DNA of 64,000 nt, taken from Octopus sinensis (taxonomy: Eukaryota). The stretch's first letter is position 1. Each line of letters begins with the position of its first letter. Below the pieces are notes generated by a model that was not told where the DNA came from, did no database searches, and saw only the letters and a list, made by a program, of their open reading frames with translations. Position numbers and translations under genes: made by a program. This document shows, in pieces, positions 27,470 through 41,046 of this stretch. Location: the NCBI RefSeq assembly GCF_006345805.1, contig NC_043007.1, forward strand, positions 68,820,001 to 68,884,000, in the 5' to 3' direction.

Positions 27470-27680
27470 AGGACTTCGTCGGTTAGGACGATAAGGGTTC
27501 CGGTGGATACGATGAATGGATCAGCCCGCACCTGAAATTAACGTATAAGTAGCTGAGCACTCCACAGACACGTGTAACCTTGACATAATTCTCAGAGAGA
27601 TTCAGCGTGACACAGAGTGTGCCAAGGCTGGCTGTTTGAAATGCTGGTACTACTCATTTTTGCCAGTTGAGTGCATTGTT
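27470..27680 (-). mobile_element. 3' part of family-E SINE
   Basis: Matches 47795-47970 (GCTGAGCACTCCACAGACACGTG..CAGCGTGACACAGAG). Confidence 0.75.
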
Positions 27681-27689
27681 TCTAATGGT

Positions 27690-27962
27690 GAATTATCCAA
27701 ACCTCTAAGAATTCCTTTCAACACATTGCTATGATGCTCCCCAACTACTTCTGCTCGGGATCAGAGACGTACATATAGTCAGCCGCTAAGGGACATGCTC
27801 AACTGGTTAAGGTCAAACAACTGACAAGCAAATCTGTGGTATTGAGCAGAATATTTTCTGTAGCTCATCTTTTATACCAAGATAAAACAATGTACATGAT
27901 AACACTTCCAATCATTTAAATCAGAAGCCATGAGAGCCACTGTCTGGTACGGCATCGGGGCA
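27690..27962 (-). mobile_element. ~560-bp element, copy 5 (right half on the plus strand)
   Basis: Matches about 2345-2620; abuts (ATT)/(AAT)n. Confidence 0.8.
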
Positions 27963-27967
27963 TTTAT

Positions 27968-28038
<71 letters not shown>

Positions 28039-28072
28039 CAATAATAATAATAATGATTATTATTATTATTAT

Positions 28073-28122
<50 letters not shown>

Positions 28123-28123
28123 A

Positions 28124-28193
<70 letters not shown>

Positions 28194-28194
28194 A

Positions 28195-28242
<48 letters not shown>

Positions 28243-28359
28243 GGTCGGTAAATTGCCAGTTACATATTGGAGTCAATGTAATCGACTAGTCCCCTCCCCA
28301 TAAAATGGCTGCCCTGGTAGGAAAATCTGAAACCATTACTGTTACTATTATTATTATTA

Positions 28360-28398
<39 letters not shown>

Positions 28399-28411
28399 TA
28401 TTATTATTATC

Positions 28412-28955
28412 ATTGAGTGAGAGAGCAATGCATGTCATCAAAGTAATACTGGAGTAGAAATATATGAAGCGCAATATACTCATCATGACTACCCGCCTGA
28501 TAAGGGTACACTAGGCACATGCATCAAATCGATATTTTCGCGACATGGTGATCTCATATCAAGATAAACAGCATATGACCTTGCAGCTGGGGCCCAGTTA
28601 GAACTTTCCTTGAGATCGAGTATCCTATCCTGTTCAAAAGGTCCCTGAACAAGGTTTGTTTAAGGATGATGAATGTAACACTCATGTTTCCAGAAATGAA
28701 TTATTGAAATCCCAAAGAATTCCTTTGAATATATGGCTATGATGCTTCCCCACTATTTCTGTTCTTAATCAAAGATGCACATATCGTCAGCCACTAAGTG
28801 ATATGCTCAATTTGTGAAGTTCAAGCAACTGACAAACAAATATGTGGTCTTGAGCAGAATATTTGTTGTAGCCCATCCTTTATACTAAGTCAAAACATGT
28901 ACATGATAGAACTTCCAATCAGTTAAGATCAGAGACCTTGAGAGCTACTGCCTAA
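28412..28955 (-). mobile_element. ~560-bp element, copy 6 (more diverged)
   Basis: Near full-length match with more substitutions; (ATT)n at the left end. Confidence 0.8.
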
Positions 28956-29071
28956 GGGAATTTATTATTATTCATAATATATACTTAACGGACAAAATGT
29001 TTAGTGGGATTTCGTCCATCTTAACGTTCTGAATTCAAATTCCGCCGTGGTCGACTTTGCGTTTTCCCCAC

Positions 29072-29744
29072 TATCTAGTCGGTGAAATAAAATTACTATC
29101 AATTGCACACTAAGCCACCCATATATACATATATACATACATACATACATAAAGTAAGTAAAGACCCCCTTCGGTCATGAATGACCATGGGATTGCACCT
29201 AGGAAGTTACCCTCCTAGACACAAGTCCGGGCAAGGTTGTTTATGGAAGACCAGCAGTCGCCCATGCATACCGGCCTCTCCTCTCCACGCCACCAGTGTT
29301 ATCCAAGGGAAAGACAAAGGTCGATACAGCTTGGCACCAGTGACGTCGCAACTCATTTCTACAGCTGAGTGAACAGGAGCAACGTGAAATAAAGTGCCTT
29401 GCTCAAGAACACAACACGCAGGGCACTTTATTTCACGTTGCTCTTGTTCACTCAGCTGTAGAAATGAGTTGCGACGTCACTGGTGCCAAGCTGTATCGAC
29501 CTTTGTCTTCCCCTTGGATAACACTGGTGGCGTGGAGAGGGGAGGCCGGTATGCATGGGCGACTGCTGGTCTTCCATAAACAACCTTGCCCGGACTTGTG
29601 TCTAGGAGGGTAACTTCCTAGGTGCAATCCCATGGTCATTCATGACCGAAGGGGGTCTTTACTTACTTTATGTATGTATATGTATATATGTATATGGGTG
29701 GCTTAGTGTGCAATTGATAGTAATTTTATTTCACCGACTAGATA
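29072..29744. repeat. Long inverted duplication, ~325-bp arms, 23-nt spacer, containing a family-D SINE body
   Basis: 29072-29398 vs 29422-29744; I counted 3 substitutions and one 4-nt microsatellite indel; ORFs 29181(+) and 29448(-) are mirror images. Confidence 0.95.
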
Positions 29745-29789
29745 ATATATTATATATATATATACATATATATATATATGATATATATA

Positions 29790-29828
<39 letters not shown>

Positions 29829-30090
29829 CTACTTGGTGTAATTGATAATTATTCCAAATTAATTAATTTCACCCTTCATTATTACGGATAACCTATTTTA
29901 TCTCAGTAGATGACCACAGCATCTTGTTTTGGCTACACGCGGGTGGGAAGGGGCTGGTGACACAGTCTTTTCATTCACACTTTGAGTTTGGTGATACTAG
30001 TTGCGGATTCTAGCTCGCTCTGATACTGAGTTGAGTTGGTGCCTTCTAGTATCTCAAAATTCAATATATAATCATTATGATTATAGTATT

Positions 30091-30186
30091 CTACGCTGAA
30101 GAGAAAAGAAGTTTTGGTAGGTAGAATTATTTAATATTAATTCTTATGCTTTCCTAAAAACTTGATTTCGAAACGTGCGTCCGTAG
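30091..30186 (+). ncRNA. Type I hammerhead motif, canonical core, long stem II
   Basis: Stem I CTACG/CGTAG; core CTGAAGA (30096-30102); stem II GAAAAGAAGTTTT/AAAACTTGATTTC (11 of 13 pairs); GAAAC-GTGC-GTC; predicted cleavage after 30181. Confidence 0.75.
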
Positions 30187-30672
30187 ATAACTTAAAATTG
30201 TATGATAGATTGCCGTCAATTCATTCTCTCTTACCTGTTTGTGTCTGCCTTCCAATTGCCGTTTTTACTGAGATCTCCCTTTTTAGTAGAAGAAATAGCT
30301 ATAACTCTTTGACTGCTATTTCTAAATTCGGTATGTGTAAGACAATCGTTGCTAAACCCTTTATTGCTTAGTATTACTAAATTTTCCTCGAATGAGGCTT
30401 TACATGGCCGAAGACTACTTGGTGTAATTGATAATATTCCCAAATTAATTAATTTCACCCTTCATTATTACGGATAACCATTTTTCTCAGTAATTACCAC
30501 AGCATCTTGTTTTGCTACACGCGGGTGGGAAGGGGCTGGTGACACAGTCTTTTCATTCACACTTTGAGTTTGGTGATACTAGTTGCGGATTCTAGCTCGC
30601 TCTGATACTGAGTTGAGTTGGTGCCTTCTAGTATCTCAAAATTCAATATTAATCATTTATGATTATAGTATT

Positions 30673-30769
30673 CTACGCTGAGAGAAAAAGAAGTTTTGGT
30701 AAGGTAGAATTATTTAATATTTAATTCTTATGCTTCCTAAAAACTTGATTTCGAAACGTGCGTCCGTAG
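30673..30769 (+). ncRNA. Duplicate of the 30091 hammerhead with a 1-nt core deletion
   Basis: Same stems, but the core reads CTGAGA (one nucleotide missing). Confidence 0.5.
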
Positions 30770-30954
30770 ATAACTTAAAATTGTATGATAGATTGCCGTC
30801 AATTCATTCTCTCTTACTGTTGTGTCTGCCTTCCAATTGCTGTTTTATTACTGAGATCTCCCTTTTTAGTAGAAGAAATAGCTATAACTCTTTGACTGCT
30901 ATTCTAAATTCGGTATGTGGTAAGGCAATTCGTTGCTAAACCTTTATTGCTTAG

Positions 30955-31007
<53 letters not shown>

Positions 31008-32551
31008 TACCTTTCTCGAAACGGCCGTAGGATATGCATGATTTTTTTAGCTACCCGTACATCCTAATATTTCGATTTTGCAATGCATTGACCGTGTACA
31101 TATAACCTTTAACCTTTTTATGTTTTGGAACGGATTTACAATTTCAGGGGATCTCATACGGATATGTATTTTATATTTATATATATTTTTTTCTGTATTT
31201 ATATATTATATATTTTATATGATGAATTGTGCCTTTCAAAAAATATATTGAAGAAACTAATTTTGTTTTTGATTGTAAATATCTCGAAAGTTGCTTTTAT
31301 TTTGAAACTTACATTACACACAGGGTCTCTGTCTCTTATTATCTCTAATATATATATATATAAATATACATATATATATATAAATATATATATACGTCGG
31401 ACTTCTCTCGGTTTCCGTCAACCAAATCCACTAACATGGTTTTGGTCAGCCCGAGGTTATAAGAGAAAATACCTGCCCAAGGTTCCACGCAGCGGGACTG
31501 AACTCAGAATCCCTGGTTGGGAAGCAAGCTTCTTACCACATAGCCTTTCCTGTGCCTATGCCACTTAATTTCTTTTCTGCATTAGTTACTTATTCTCATG
31601 CAAACTTTTGCATCTACTTCACCCCACCCCCACGTGTAGTGTTTGGAATACTTAGAAGAGCTTTCAGGAAGTTGGGATTCTCTGTGGTCAATTGTTTTAT
31701 TCATAGGACTACTCTCTACGGATTTTCTTGCGACTGAATGAGTTATAGGAATGTTTATGTTAACAGCTTGTTGTTGATTAAATAATAAACATTTCATTGA
31801 AAACGAAACTGATTCGCAGAACGCAAGCTACTTTAAACTAGTGAGTAGATTTGTGTGTTAAACCTTAGTAAAATAAATGCATTAACCAGAAACGGAAACC
31901 GTGTTAGTTTCATAAATGTAGCATACCAAGAGAGTAGACTCGCTTAGTTGCCATTTTGTTTTCTAAATATTATAAGATAGACAAAAATGAACAATATCAA
32001 TTCACAATATATTGATAAAATCTTGTTCACAACATCAGACGAAGAGCGAATATTATTTTCAGATGACTTCTTGTGGGTATTTCTGTTTTTATTATGTCTT
32101 CATGTAGAAATGCCTTTGTCTTCCTTTAGTTGTCTTTTAGATATTTTTTCAACAAACATCTACGAAAACATAGTTGATTTGCTCTTAATTAATCATCATC
32201 GTCGTCGTCAAGATCTTATCATCATCATCATTAGCGTTAATATAAATAATATCAATAATATAAAATCATCATCGTAATCATCATCATCATCATCAATAAG
32301 AAGAACACCAACACCAACAACAACAACAAGAAAATGCAACAAAACACGCAAAATCTTCGTTAGTGAAGGATCTTTGCTGTTTTATTTTTTTTCTGCTTTT
32401 TCCCCAAAATTTGTTTAATTTTGTCAAAAACGACCACCGTCCATAGTTTTTATTATTGCTTTCCGAGAGGATGTACGTTGAAAAATCAGATAACGAACAA
32501 CGCTAAGGCTCTAATGCTCATATTCTGTCGGGAATGTTTGTATTAAATTAT

Positions 32552-32639
<88 letters not shown>

Positions 32640-32887
32640 CACAGAAGCCAGAATTAAACCTCATTCCAAAAATGGGCTCTGGGATTGTGTGGAACGTGTA
32701 TAACAATGAATCTCGGAATTTTTTGTCCAAAAATATATAATGGTCTAATACACAGATACGTTATCGACTTATAAAAAACATTAAACTATAATATATAGTG
32801 GTTTCAATATATTATACCTAAAAAGAAAATCTGTTCCTCAGATGAACAAATCTATCTATCTATCTTCTATCTATCTATCTATCTATC

Positions 32888-32987
<100 letters not shown>

Positions 32988-33242
32988 CATACAGGGTATT
33001 CAATTTACGCAAAGCCTCGTCAGGATATGTTTTGTACAACCAATGCAGCCCACGTGGAAGTGTTCTGGTGTCTTCAATGACACTTTTCTATTTTCTTCTT
33101 TTCCAATAAACTCTCCTTGTTGTTCATTATTTTCTAAATTCTTCAAATTGTAAAGGAAATTCACACACACGCGCGCGCAATGCATCCATACACGCATACA
33201 TACATACATGCATTCATACATACAAATGCCTAATACATATAC

Positions 33243-33335
33243 GAAGGCTGCAATTCGATATCGAGCGATGACATCGCTTCATTGTTCCCTGAACCATGAA
33301 TAACACCGATGCGAATTTTCGATCCTGCCATGCAC
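33243..33335 (-). CDS. Candidate internal exon (CMAGSKIRIGVIHGSGNNEAMSSLDIELQP)
   Basis: Acceptor TTTTGCAG|G, weak donor |GTATAT, 93 nt; family not recognised. Confidence 0.25.
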
Positions 33336-33905
33336 CTGCAAAATTTTCCCCACATGTAGGAACAATACACACCTGTTGCAGCAGGCTTTCAGACAACTAA
33401 CCACCTACGCTAATGCAAGCCTTCATTACATACAGGAATTTTTCATTGAGTAATTTGCTTTTCTTGGCTACAACCAGCCATTGTAATCAACGTATAAGAG
33501 ATGTTAAAAATAACCAAGCGGTGCCATAGCTGAAGCATTTTACAGTGAAGAAAGGCCTTGTGCAACGCACAAACAACGTATGCATTTCCCCCAAAACAAA
33601 GAACTATTTCGCACTGTTGGATGTAAATGAATTCACCGGTTCAGAGGCTACCATTCCTAGATAGATGTCTAAATAAAGTCTAAGGGTTCATCTCTCCCAG
33701 TTGTGCGATGCCCGTTGACCTTACTGAGTTCATCCGCCCAACCTATGGGGTGGTCAGACTATCGGTGACTAATCTGGCAATCCTACCAAACCTGCTTGGT
33801 AAGGTTGGTAGTTGTCGTTGGAAACACTGGAAGACGAAGACAAAACTTATCAAAAGTAAAATGTGAAAGGGCGGATGAAATACATACTATATATATATAT
33901 ATATA

Positions 33906-35410
33906 AAGGGAAAGTTTACGAAAATAAACAAAAGACGAAGGCAGGTGGAGTACAAACAAACAAATGTATTAGTATAGCGCTCAGGAATAGAAAAAGTCTT
34001 TTACGTTTCGAGCCTACGCTCTTCGACAGAAAGATACACAGGAAAAAACAAGGAGAGAAAAAAATGACGCTTATAGAAAGTTTTAGATGGAAAAGGAGGA
34101 GGTGTGACGTTTCGATCATAGCTCTCTGTCGAAAAGAGAAAATGAGAAGGATAGGCCGAGAAAAGCATCTGTGTTATTACATGTATGAAAAATAACAGAC
34201 CGGAAGGGAAGATAAATAGAGAAAGTGGTGGTTTTAAGGCACAAGACTGTAAAAGTGACCAATATGTGTAAGTGTGTGTGCGCGCGATAGTATCTGTGTG
34301 TGTTTGTGTTTGTGAAAGTGATGTGTGTGAAGGATTGAAGCGAACAGGTAGTAAGATTTAGTGGTGGACGGATAGGCAAGGTGACGTGTGTGTGAGTGCA
34401 TGGGTGCTGTTGGGTACACATATGAACACATATGTGTTTGTGAAATGATGGTGGAAGCTGTTATAAGGAGTGTATGAGTTTTCAGTGAGAAAATATCGCG
34501 CTGTTTTTGGTGGTCTACTGCTGGTGTATCCATGGTGTAAGGCTAGGTCGAAGATAGTATGGGTTTCTGTGGAGTGATTTCGTTGAGCAAAAGTAACGGA
34601 CAACAAGAGTATGTTTTGGAGGAAGATATCTTGTGAATGTTTTGTTAATCAGTCGGCTAGATGACGGCCAGGCTGTTCAACATATGAGTCGCAAAGGGTA
34701 TCTTTCTGGCAGCAGATGATGTTAGAAGAGATATAAGGGAAAGGGTCCTGGATGTGAATAATGTGTTGGTTGGTTTCAGTGAGGGAAGCGGTGTTGGTGA
34801 TAAACGAACAAGTGTGGTCACTGGGATTCAAGATTTGCTATGGACTAGTAAGACGTATAGGTTATGCGCGCATTTGAAGGAAGGGAATGGTGGGTTGGGG
34901 AAAACAGGAAGGGTGGTAGAATCAGATTGGAGACGATGGATAACCCGTAGGTTTTTCCGAGGAAGGGGTACGATGGGGAACTGGAAAAGAGGGCAAAGAG
35001 GATGCGGTTGGAAGACTGTCGTGATGAGGGAGAGAAGGGTGAAATGCGACAAACTTTGAGGGCACGAGTAGAGGTGATATGGATAAAAGTGGAGGGGTAT
35101 CTGCGCCGGGTGAACAGAAGGGCCAAGTATTGAGACATGTTTTGAGTTTCAAAATCTTGCACGCAGTTGCACTGACATTAGAGACGGAGGAATTCAGAGT
35201 ATGAATGACTCATTTGGTGTGGGAGAGATGGGAGGAGGAAAAGTTGAAGTAGAGGTGGGAGTCTGTAGGTTTGAATAACGCAGAAGTGGTGAGAGAGTGG
35301 GTGAGGGGATCGATAGGGAGAGATATGTCCAAAAAGTTGGACTGAAATGTCGGAAATGACAGAGGTGAACTGAAGGGAAAGAGGAAAAGTAGAAAGGAAG
35401 GAGATGAAGT
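33906..35410 (-). mobile_element. Penelope-like retroelement: RT C-terminus, GIY-YIG endonuclease and 3' terminal region; decayed
   Basis: FKPTDSHLY..SH (RT thumb), QDFETQ..RRYP, LQSDSTT..FPNPP..FKCAHNL..LVHS linker, SSNIICC..SYVEQPGRHLAD (degenerate GIY-YIG). Confidence 0.8.
33997..34034 (-). ncRNA. Minimal hammerhead-like motif (core CUGUCGA) in the terminal region of a PLE
   Basis: Minus strand: TCTTT CTGTCGA A GAGC-GTAG-GCTC GAAAC GTA AAAGA. Stem I 5 bp, stem II 4 bp, stem III ACGT palindrome, A6>U change. Confidence 0.55.
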
Positions 35411-35519
35411 GAGTCAGTTGTTCACGGGAAAGGGAGGAAGCGCCAATACCATCATTCTATATACCGACCGCATAGATCCAAGGTCGGACCGAAGAGCGGT
35501 GAGAACATTTGTGCCTCTA

Positions 35520-35660
35520 CATAACCAACAAATGAATTGGCGACGTTGGGACCCATTTTCGTTTCTGTGGAAATCCAAGATACCTGCTGGAAGACCTCGC
35601 CCACGAACGTGAAGCAGTTAAATGCGAGAACGAGTTCTGCGTGGCGAAAAAGTGTAGACG
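35520..35660 (+). mobile_element. Tc1/mariner C-terminal relic
   Basis: DPFSFLW and DTCWKTSPTNVKQLNARTSSAW resemble the LDFFLWG..I..AW end. Confidence 0.4.
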
Positions 35661-35715
35661 CGCGTGCGTGTGCGTGTGTGTGTGCGTGCGCGCGTGTGTG
35701 TGTGTGTGTGTGCGC

Positions 35716-35768
<53 letters not shown>

Positions 35769-36379
35769 GTTATATTTGTATAATACAAAAATTTCGCGCT
35801 CCTTAATTTCATTCATCGTACAAGTCACCTACAAATTAATCAAAAGTAAAAAAATATTTTAGAAAGGTAACAGCAATGAAGTGAAAGAAAAGGCAAACCG
35901 GAATAAAATGAACGGAACAGAAAGAATGAGCGACATGAGAAGCAATAATTATACCAAGATAGAGAATGCCTCATTAATAGAATGAAAGTATGAAGAAATG
36001 ACTTAATTGATGATTATATTCAACGCCATTCTCTTTCTCTAGGATAATGTAACAATCTTTTCTTGAAAAAGTTCTTAAAATTAACGAAACAAAACCAACA
36101 TAACAGAAAAAAGTAAAACTGGTAGGTAATTTAAAAAATAGAAATCAAAATTTAATAAACATATTTCGAATTATAGAATCATTAAGAGAATGATAGAATG
36201 TTTAAATAAATGTATATAAAGATAGTATAAGATTCTCTTTCATATGAATGACAGTTCTTTCTTTCATATGTTAAAAGAGTATTGTCAAATTTTACGGTGT
36301 AAACCGCAAGTTTTAGTTGTTTAATGCGAAATCTAAGTCAAAGAAATCTAAGTGTGGGTGGCATCAAAAAATTGAGAGA

Positions 36380-37000
36380 ATGAATAGACGACTTGAAATA
36401 AAAGAGTAATAGTGAAAGGGAGACAGAGAGAATAAGAGAGGAGTAAGTGAGTGAGGGTGAAGAAAGAGAGGGAGAGGTGGGAGGACTCATTTCTGATTGG
36501 TCGACATTCTTCTTAAACAGTTGAAATTTGGTGGTTGAAAGATAAACTCGGATAGGAAATAGATTCCAATGGGTCAACGCTTTAGTGCGACGGACTGCAC
36601 CTCGGGGTTAGGCCGAGTGCGGAAAATGAACATACTATAGGGCATATACAATGGGTAAAAAAAAAAAACGAATGAATTGAGTAGGCCGTGGATTGTGTGA
36701 AACGTGATCGATCAGCCCAAAGTACAGAATGAGGTGACATAGCATGTTCGTGGATTAAAGTTTGGAGTCTGTTGGTAAGGGATTTGGTGCTAAATAGATC
36801 TAAGGCTGTTTGTTGTATGCAGGGTTTTCTCTTTCCATTAGATATGTCTGGAGGAAGGGACAGTATAATGACTTTCACAGATCCACTGCTTAAAGTGTTG
36901 CATGTTGGACCACAGGGAAGACAAACGCATTGATGGAATTTTAGAGGGCCAATATTAGGCGGTGTTTGGGGGTGAGATTTTGGTGTAGGCCTGGAGGGTT
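36380..37000 (-). mobile_element. CR1/L2-like LINE, 3' end of RT
   Basis: QQTALDLFSTKSLTNRLQTL and HWNLFPIRVY...FQLFKKNV resemble the WNxLP...FK end of CR1/L2 ORF2. Confidence 0.55.
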
Positions 37001-37159
37001 AGACATAAAATGGGTAATGAGAGGAGGAGAGACAAGAGACTCGAGAGTACCTGAGGCGCGGTCACCACGAAACTAGCCTGATCCAAGTTACAAAGACCTT
37101 TGCATTAGCGGTAGAAGGTAGAACAGGTACAGAGAGAAGATACGACAGAGTTGGATGTG

Positions 37160-37190
<31 letters not shown>

Positions 37191-37427
37191 ATGTGTGTGT
37201 GTGTGTGTGTGTGTGTTTAAGGTAAATAAGACAAGGTAGAAAATGCTAAAATAATTTTATCATGAAGTGAATGTACTTTATGATAAAATTGTTTTAGCAT
37301 TTTCTACCTTGTCTTATTTTCCTTATATATATCAACTGGTGTGCTACTTTTCTTACCTTCTATACACAAATGCGCGCGCGCACAAACACACATATATATA
37401 TGGATAGATAGATAGATATAGATGCAC

Positions 37428-37482
<55 letters not shown>

Positions 37483-37614
37483 ATAATAAAATTTACTTGG
37501 AGAAATAAGAAAGTGACGCGAGGCGTTCAATTATATAATAACAATTTAACAAATTAAACATATGCATACATACATACATATATGTACATACCTACATCTA
37601 TATGTATATATACA

Positions 37615-37661
<47 letters not shown>

Positions 37662-37806
37662 GAGTACAAGACACCACAAAGAACACAACGAGAAACTAAA
37701 ACATAAAATCATACAAGGAAACGGACTTTTTTTAACAACGAAAAAACAGAGTACAAGACAAACAATACAAGGAATATTCCCCTTCATCAGCTGCCCCTGT
37801 TCGACT

Positions 37807-38958
37807 CAAGGGTTGGACAAAATAATGGAAACACCTAGCATCATAGCATCATAATTATGAAATATCAATAAAACCATCAAAAGCTAGTTTATTTTTATGT
37901 ATGTTTGATTTATTATTAGTGTTGCTTAATGTTTTGCTAAAATTGCTGTTTCTTTTGAGATACATTACAAAAAGGTAATTAAAATTCATTAAAATGACAG
38001 ATCGATCGGACATTCGAAGAGGCGAAATTGTTGGTGCTCGTATGGCAGGCACTAGCGTAACGAAAACAGCCGAAATGTTTGGTGTATCAAGAAATAATCT
38101 CTCGAAAGTACTGACAGCCTTTGAGAAAAAGAGAAAAACCTCCTCGTCGAAACAAAACTCCGGAAGAAAACTAAAACTTTCAGATAAGGACCGTCGGACT
38201 CCTACGTGAATTGTTAGAAAGGATCACAAAAGTACAGCTCCCAAAATTATTGTAGGGCCTATTGACCATCTCGAGAACCCAGTTTCGCTGAGAGCTGCAG
38301 AAAGTCAGATTTCACGGGAGGGTTGCAATCAGAAAACCACTATTCTCAAAACTAAACGTTGCAAAGCGTTGTAAAAACCTACAGAATTGGTCCCTGGAGC
38401 AATGGAAGAATGTTATTTTCTCAGACGAGTCATCCTTTACTTTATTTCCGACCACCTGCCGAATATACATGTGGAGACAGCCAAAAGAAGCATTTGACCC
38501 AGACTGCCCTCTTCCAACTGTTAAACGTGCAGGAGGATCAGTGATGATCTGATGGGGGTGAGGGGTGAGATTATATCTTGGAAATCCGCCGGTCCAATGG
38601 TTTCCCTTTAAGCATTTTATCTGATCAAATTCATCCTATGGTTTCAGAACTGTTTCCAGAGGGAAACGCAGTCTTATCTGGCCACTATAGCCCCTAGATC
38701 TCAATATTATTGAACATTTATGATGCATTTTAGAAAAACAAGTCAGAAGTCGATATGCCCCACCATCATCACTACAAGAACTAGAGACTGTTTTAGCTGA
38801 AGAATGGACAAACATTTCTTTGGAAACAATTCAAACTTTGTTCAAGTCCATACCTCGTAGAATTCAAGGTGTAATTACTGCCAAAGGTGGTCCTACCACC
38901 TGTTAAAATAAATTTGTTTGAAATTTTAAGGTGTTTCCATTATTGTGCCCAACCCCTG
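37807..38958 (+). mobile_element. Tc1-family (DD34E) transposon, internally deleted pseudo-transposase
   Basis: 30-bp TIRs (37807-37836 / 38929-38958, 3 mismatches), TA at the right end; HTH N-terminus, WKNVIFSDES, DLNIIEHL, ITAKGGPT; second-D region absent. Confidence 0.92.
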
Positions 38959-39172
38959 TATCTATCTATCTATCTATCTATCTATCTACCTATCTACCTA
39001 TCTATCTATCTATCTATACTGATAAGCACATGTATATACACTTGTATACACACGTATATACATATAGTGGCACAGGAATACACAGACATACACACAAATA
39101 TAGATTTGTATGTATATCTCTATGCTTATGTATGTATCTCTCTCTCTCTCTCTCTCTCTGTGTATCTCTCTC

Positions 39173-39215
<43 letters not shown>

Positions 39216-39914
39216 CTATCTATCTATCTATCAATATAAGAAGCGGCCCTACGTTGCGATATTGCTATGTTCCGTTCTAACTTTGAAAACCGTTACTTGA
39301 AACTTATCTTCTATTGACTTCCATATTGCACAGAAATCAACGTACATAAAAGTCAGTAGGAAATATGATTGGAGGTACGGAATTTCTCGCTACGGCGAAA
39401 TGTTCCTGATGATATTACCTTTTTTTTCGTATGATAATATTACGTCTATAAAACAAATAGAAACAAAAGTCTTGACGGATCCTCTCGTGAAACATTCACT
39501 TCTTTCTCCGTTCTGGAGAAAAGCTTCTTTATATTCCAATAATTAACCATTCAATATATTGATTATTCAATTTAATACAACATGGTAATTAGCATCTAAA
39601 AAAATCACCTCCAGAGTTGCGATATTAAATATCTGAATAATTGATTTAATAAGTGTAATCTTATTGAAGTGTGTATACATATAAACGTAAATATGAATGT
39701 ATAAATGAATTAATGGATGAAACTGAACAGATTTATGTATGTTAACATAGGTGTTGGGGAGAAGGAGAGAGAGAGAGAGAGTGGGAAGAAGTTCAAGAGT
39801 GTGCGCACATGTATGTATATATATATGCGTATGTGTATGCGTGTCAGTGTATGTGTGTGCATGCGTGAGTCCCTGTGTATGTATGTGTATATATATATGT
39901 ATACACACACACAC

Positions 39915-39957
<43 letters not shown>

Positions 39958-40034
39958 CCATATATAAACAATATATATAGATATATAGCGTACATACATT
40001 TATATTATCTACCTATCTATCTGTCTGCCTGTCA

Positions 40035-40066
<32 letters not shown>

Positions 40067-40335
40067 TATATATATACTGTATATACACACATATAACATA
40101 TATATAGATGTACGTACATACATGTATATTTATCTACCTATCTATCTGTCTGCCTGTCAATATATATATATATATATATATATATATTCTGTTATTAATA
40201 GTGGATTATTGCGAACACGCAACTGGAATTCTCTTTCTCTTTCCCCCCTCTCTCTCTCCCTTTCTCTCTTTGTTTCTCTCTCTCTCTCTCTCTGTTTATC
40301 TATCCTTCTATCTGTCTGTCTTTTTCTCTCTGTAG

Positions 40336-40368
<33 letters not shown>

Positions 40369-40764
40369 CGCATAAATACACACATGGAAAGACATACACA
40401 GGCAGACGCAGATCTATACATATGTCCGTATATAAGTATGTATATATTAATGTGTATGTATGTGTGTGTGTGTGTGTGTGTGTATGTACGTACAAGTGTG
40501 TATCAATATGCCTAACTATATGCACAGAAATACACACGCACGCACGCAGCACACACACACACACACACACAGACATACACACACACACGTTTGCTCGTAG
40601 TAGCAACAGGATTCACAATCTAGATAACGTATACTATTCGTCAAAAAGGCTAAGTTAATATGAATCTAACATATTTAGAAATTTGATTAGATTTCCATAA
40701 ATCTGTTTTGGTCATTTCGATGTCTTCGAAACTAATTAGAATATACCGTGCATACATAAATACA

Positions 40765-40795
<31 letters not shown>

Positions 40796-40805
40796 TCACA
40801 GATTC

Positions 40806-40876
<71 letters not shown>

Positions 40877-41046
40877 CCAATCCACATCGGCGTGATTTTA
40901 GAAGGAAAGAGAAAAGGAAGTGCAACTGGAACTGAATGTTTCGGATCGAAGTGACAATGATAAAACCTTATCTAGTAAGGAGTGGCTTAAGTTTTATGGC
41001 CTTTTAAGTTCCTATTTTGGAAACAGCCCTACTATTTATTTTACAG

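Larger units (their letters stand above)
29828..30955 (+). repeat. Tandem duplication of a ~586-bp PLE-like unit carrying a hammerhead motif
   Basis: Units start ACTACTTGGTGTAATTG at 29828 and 30414; they differ mostly by single-base indels. Confidence 0.92.

Noticed and set aside
29240-29580. Arm mismatches as a footprint of A-to-I editing
   Set aside because: Three transitions are what ordinary mutation would give, and they are not all in one direction.
37775-37805. CTGATGA-AGGGG hammerhead start (minus strand)
   Set aside because: No GAAA follows the stem and no stem I or III is present.
39404-39475. CTGATGA ... GAAAC-AAAA-GTC
   Set aside because: A 20-nt unpaired gap precedes GAAA and there is no stem I.
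40960-41010. SSKEWLKFYGL resembling a VWA3-like motif
   Set aside because: The match is too short, the following residues do not fit, and it lies in the presumed intron.
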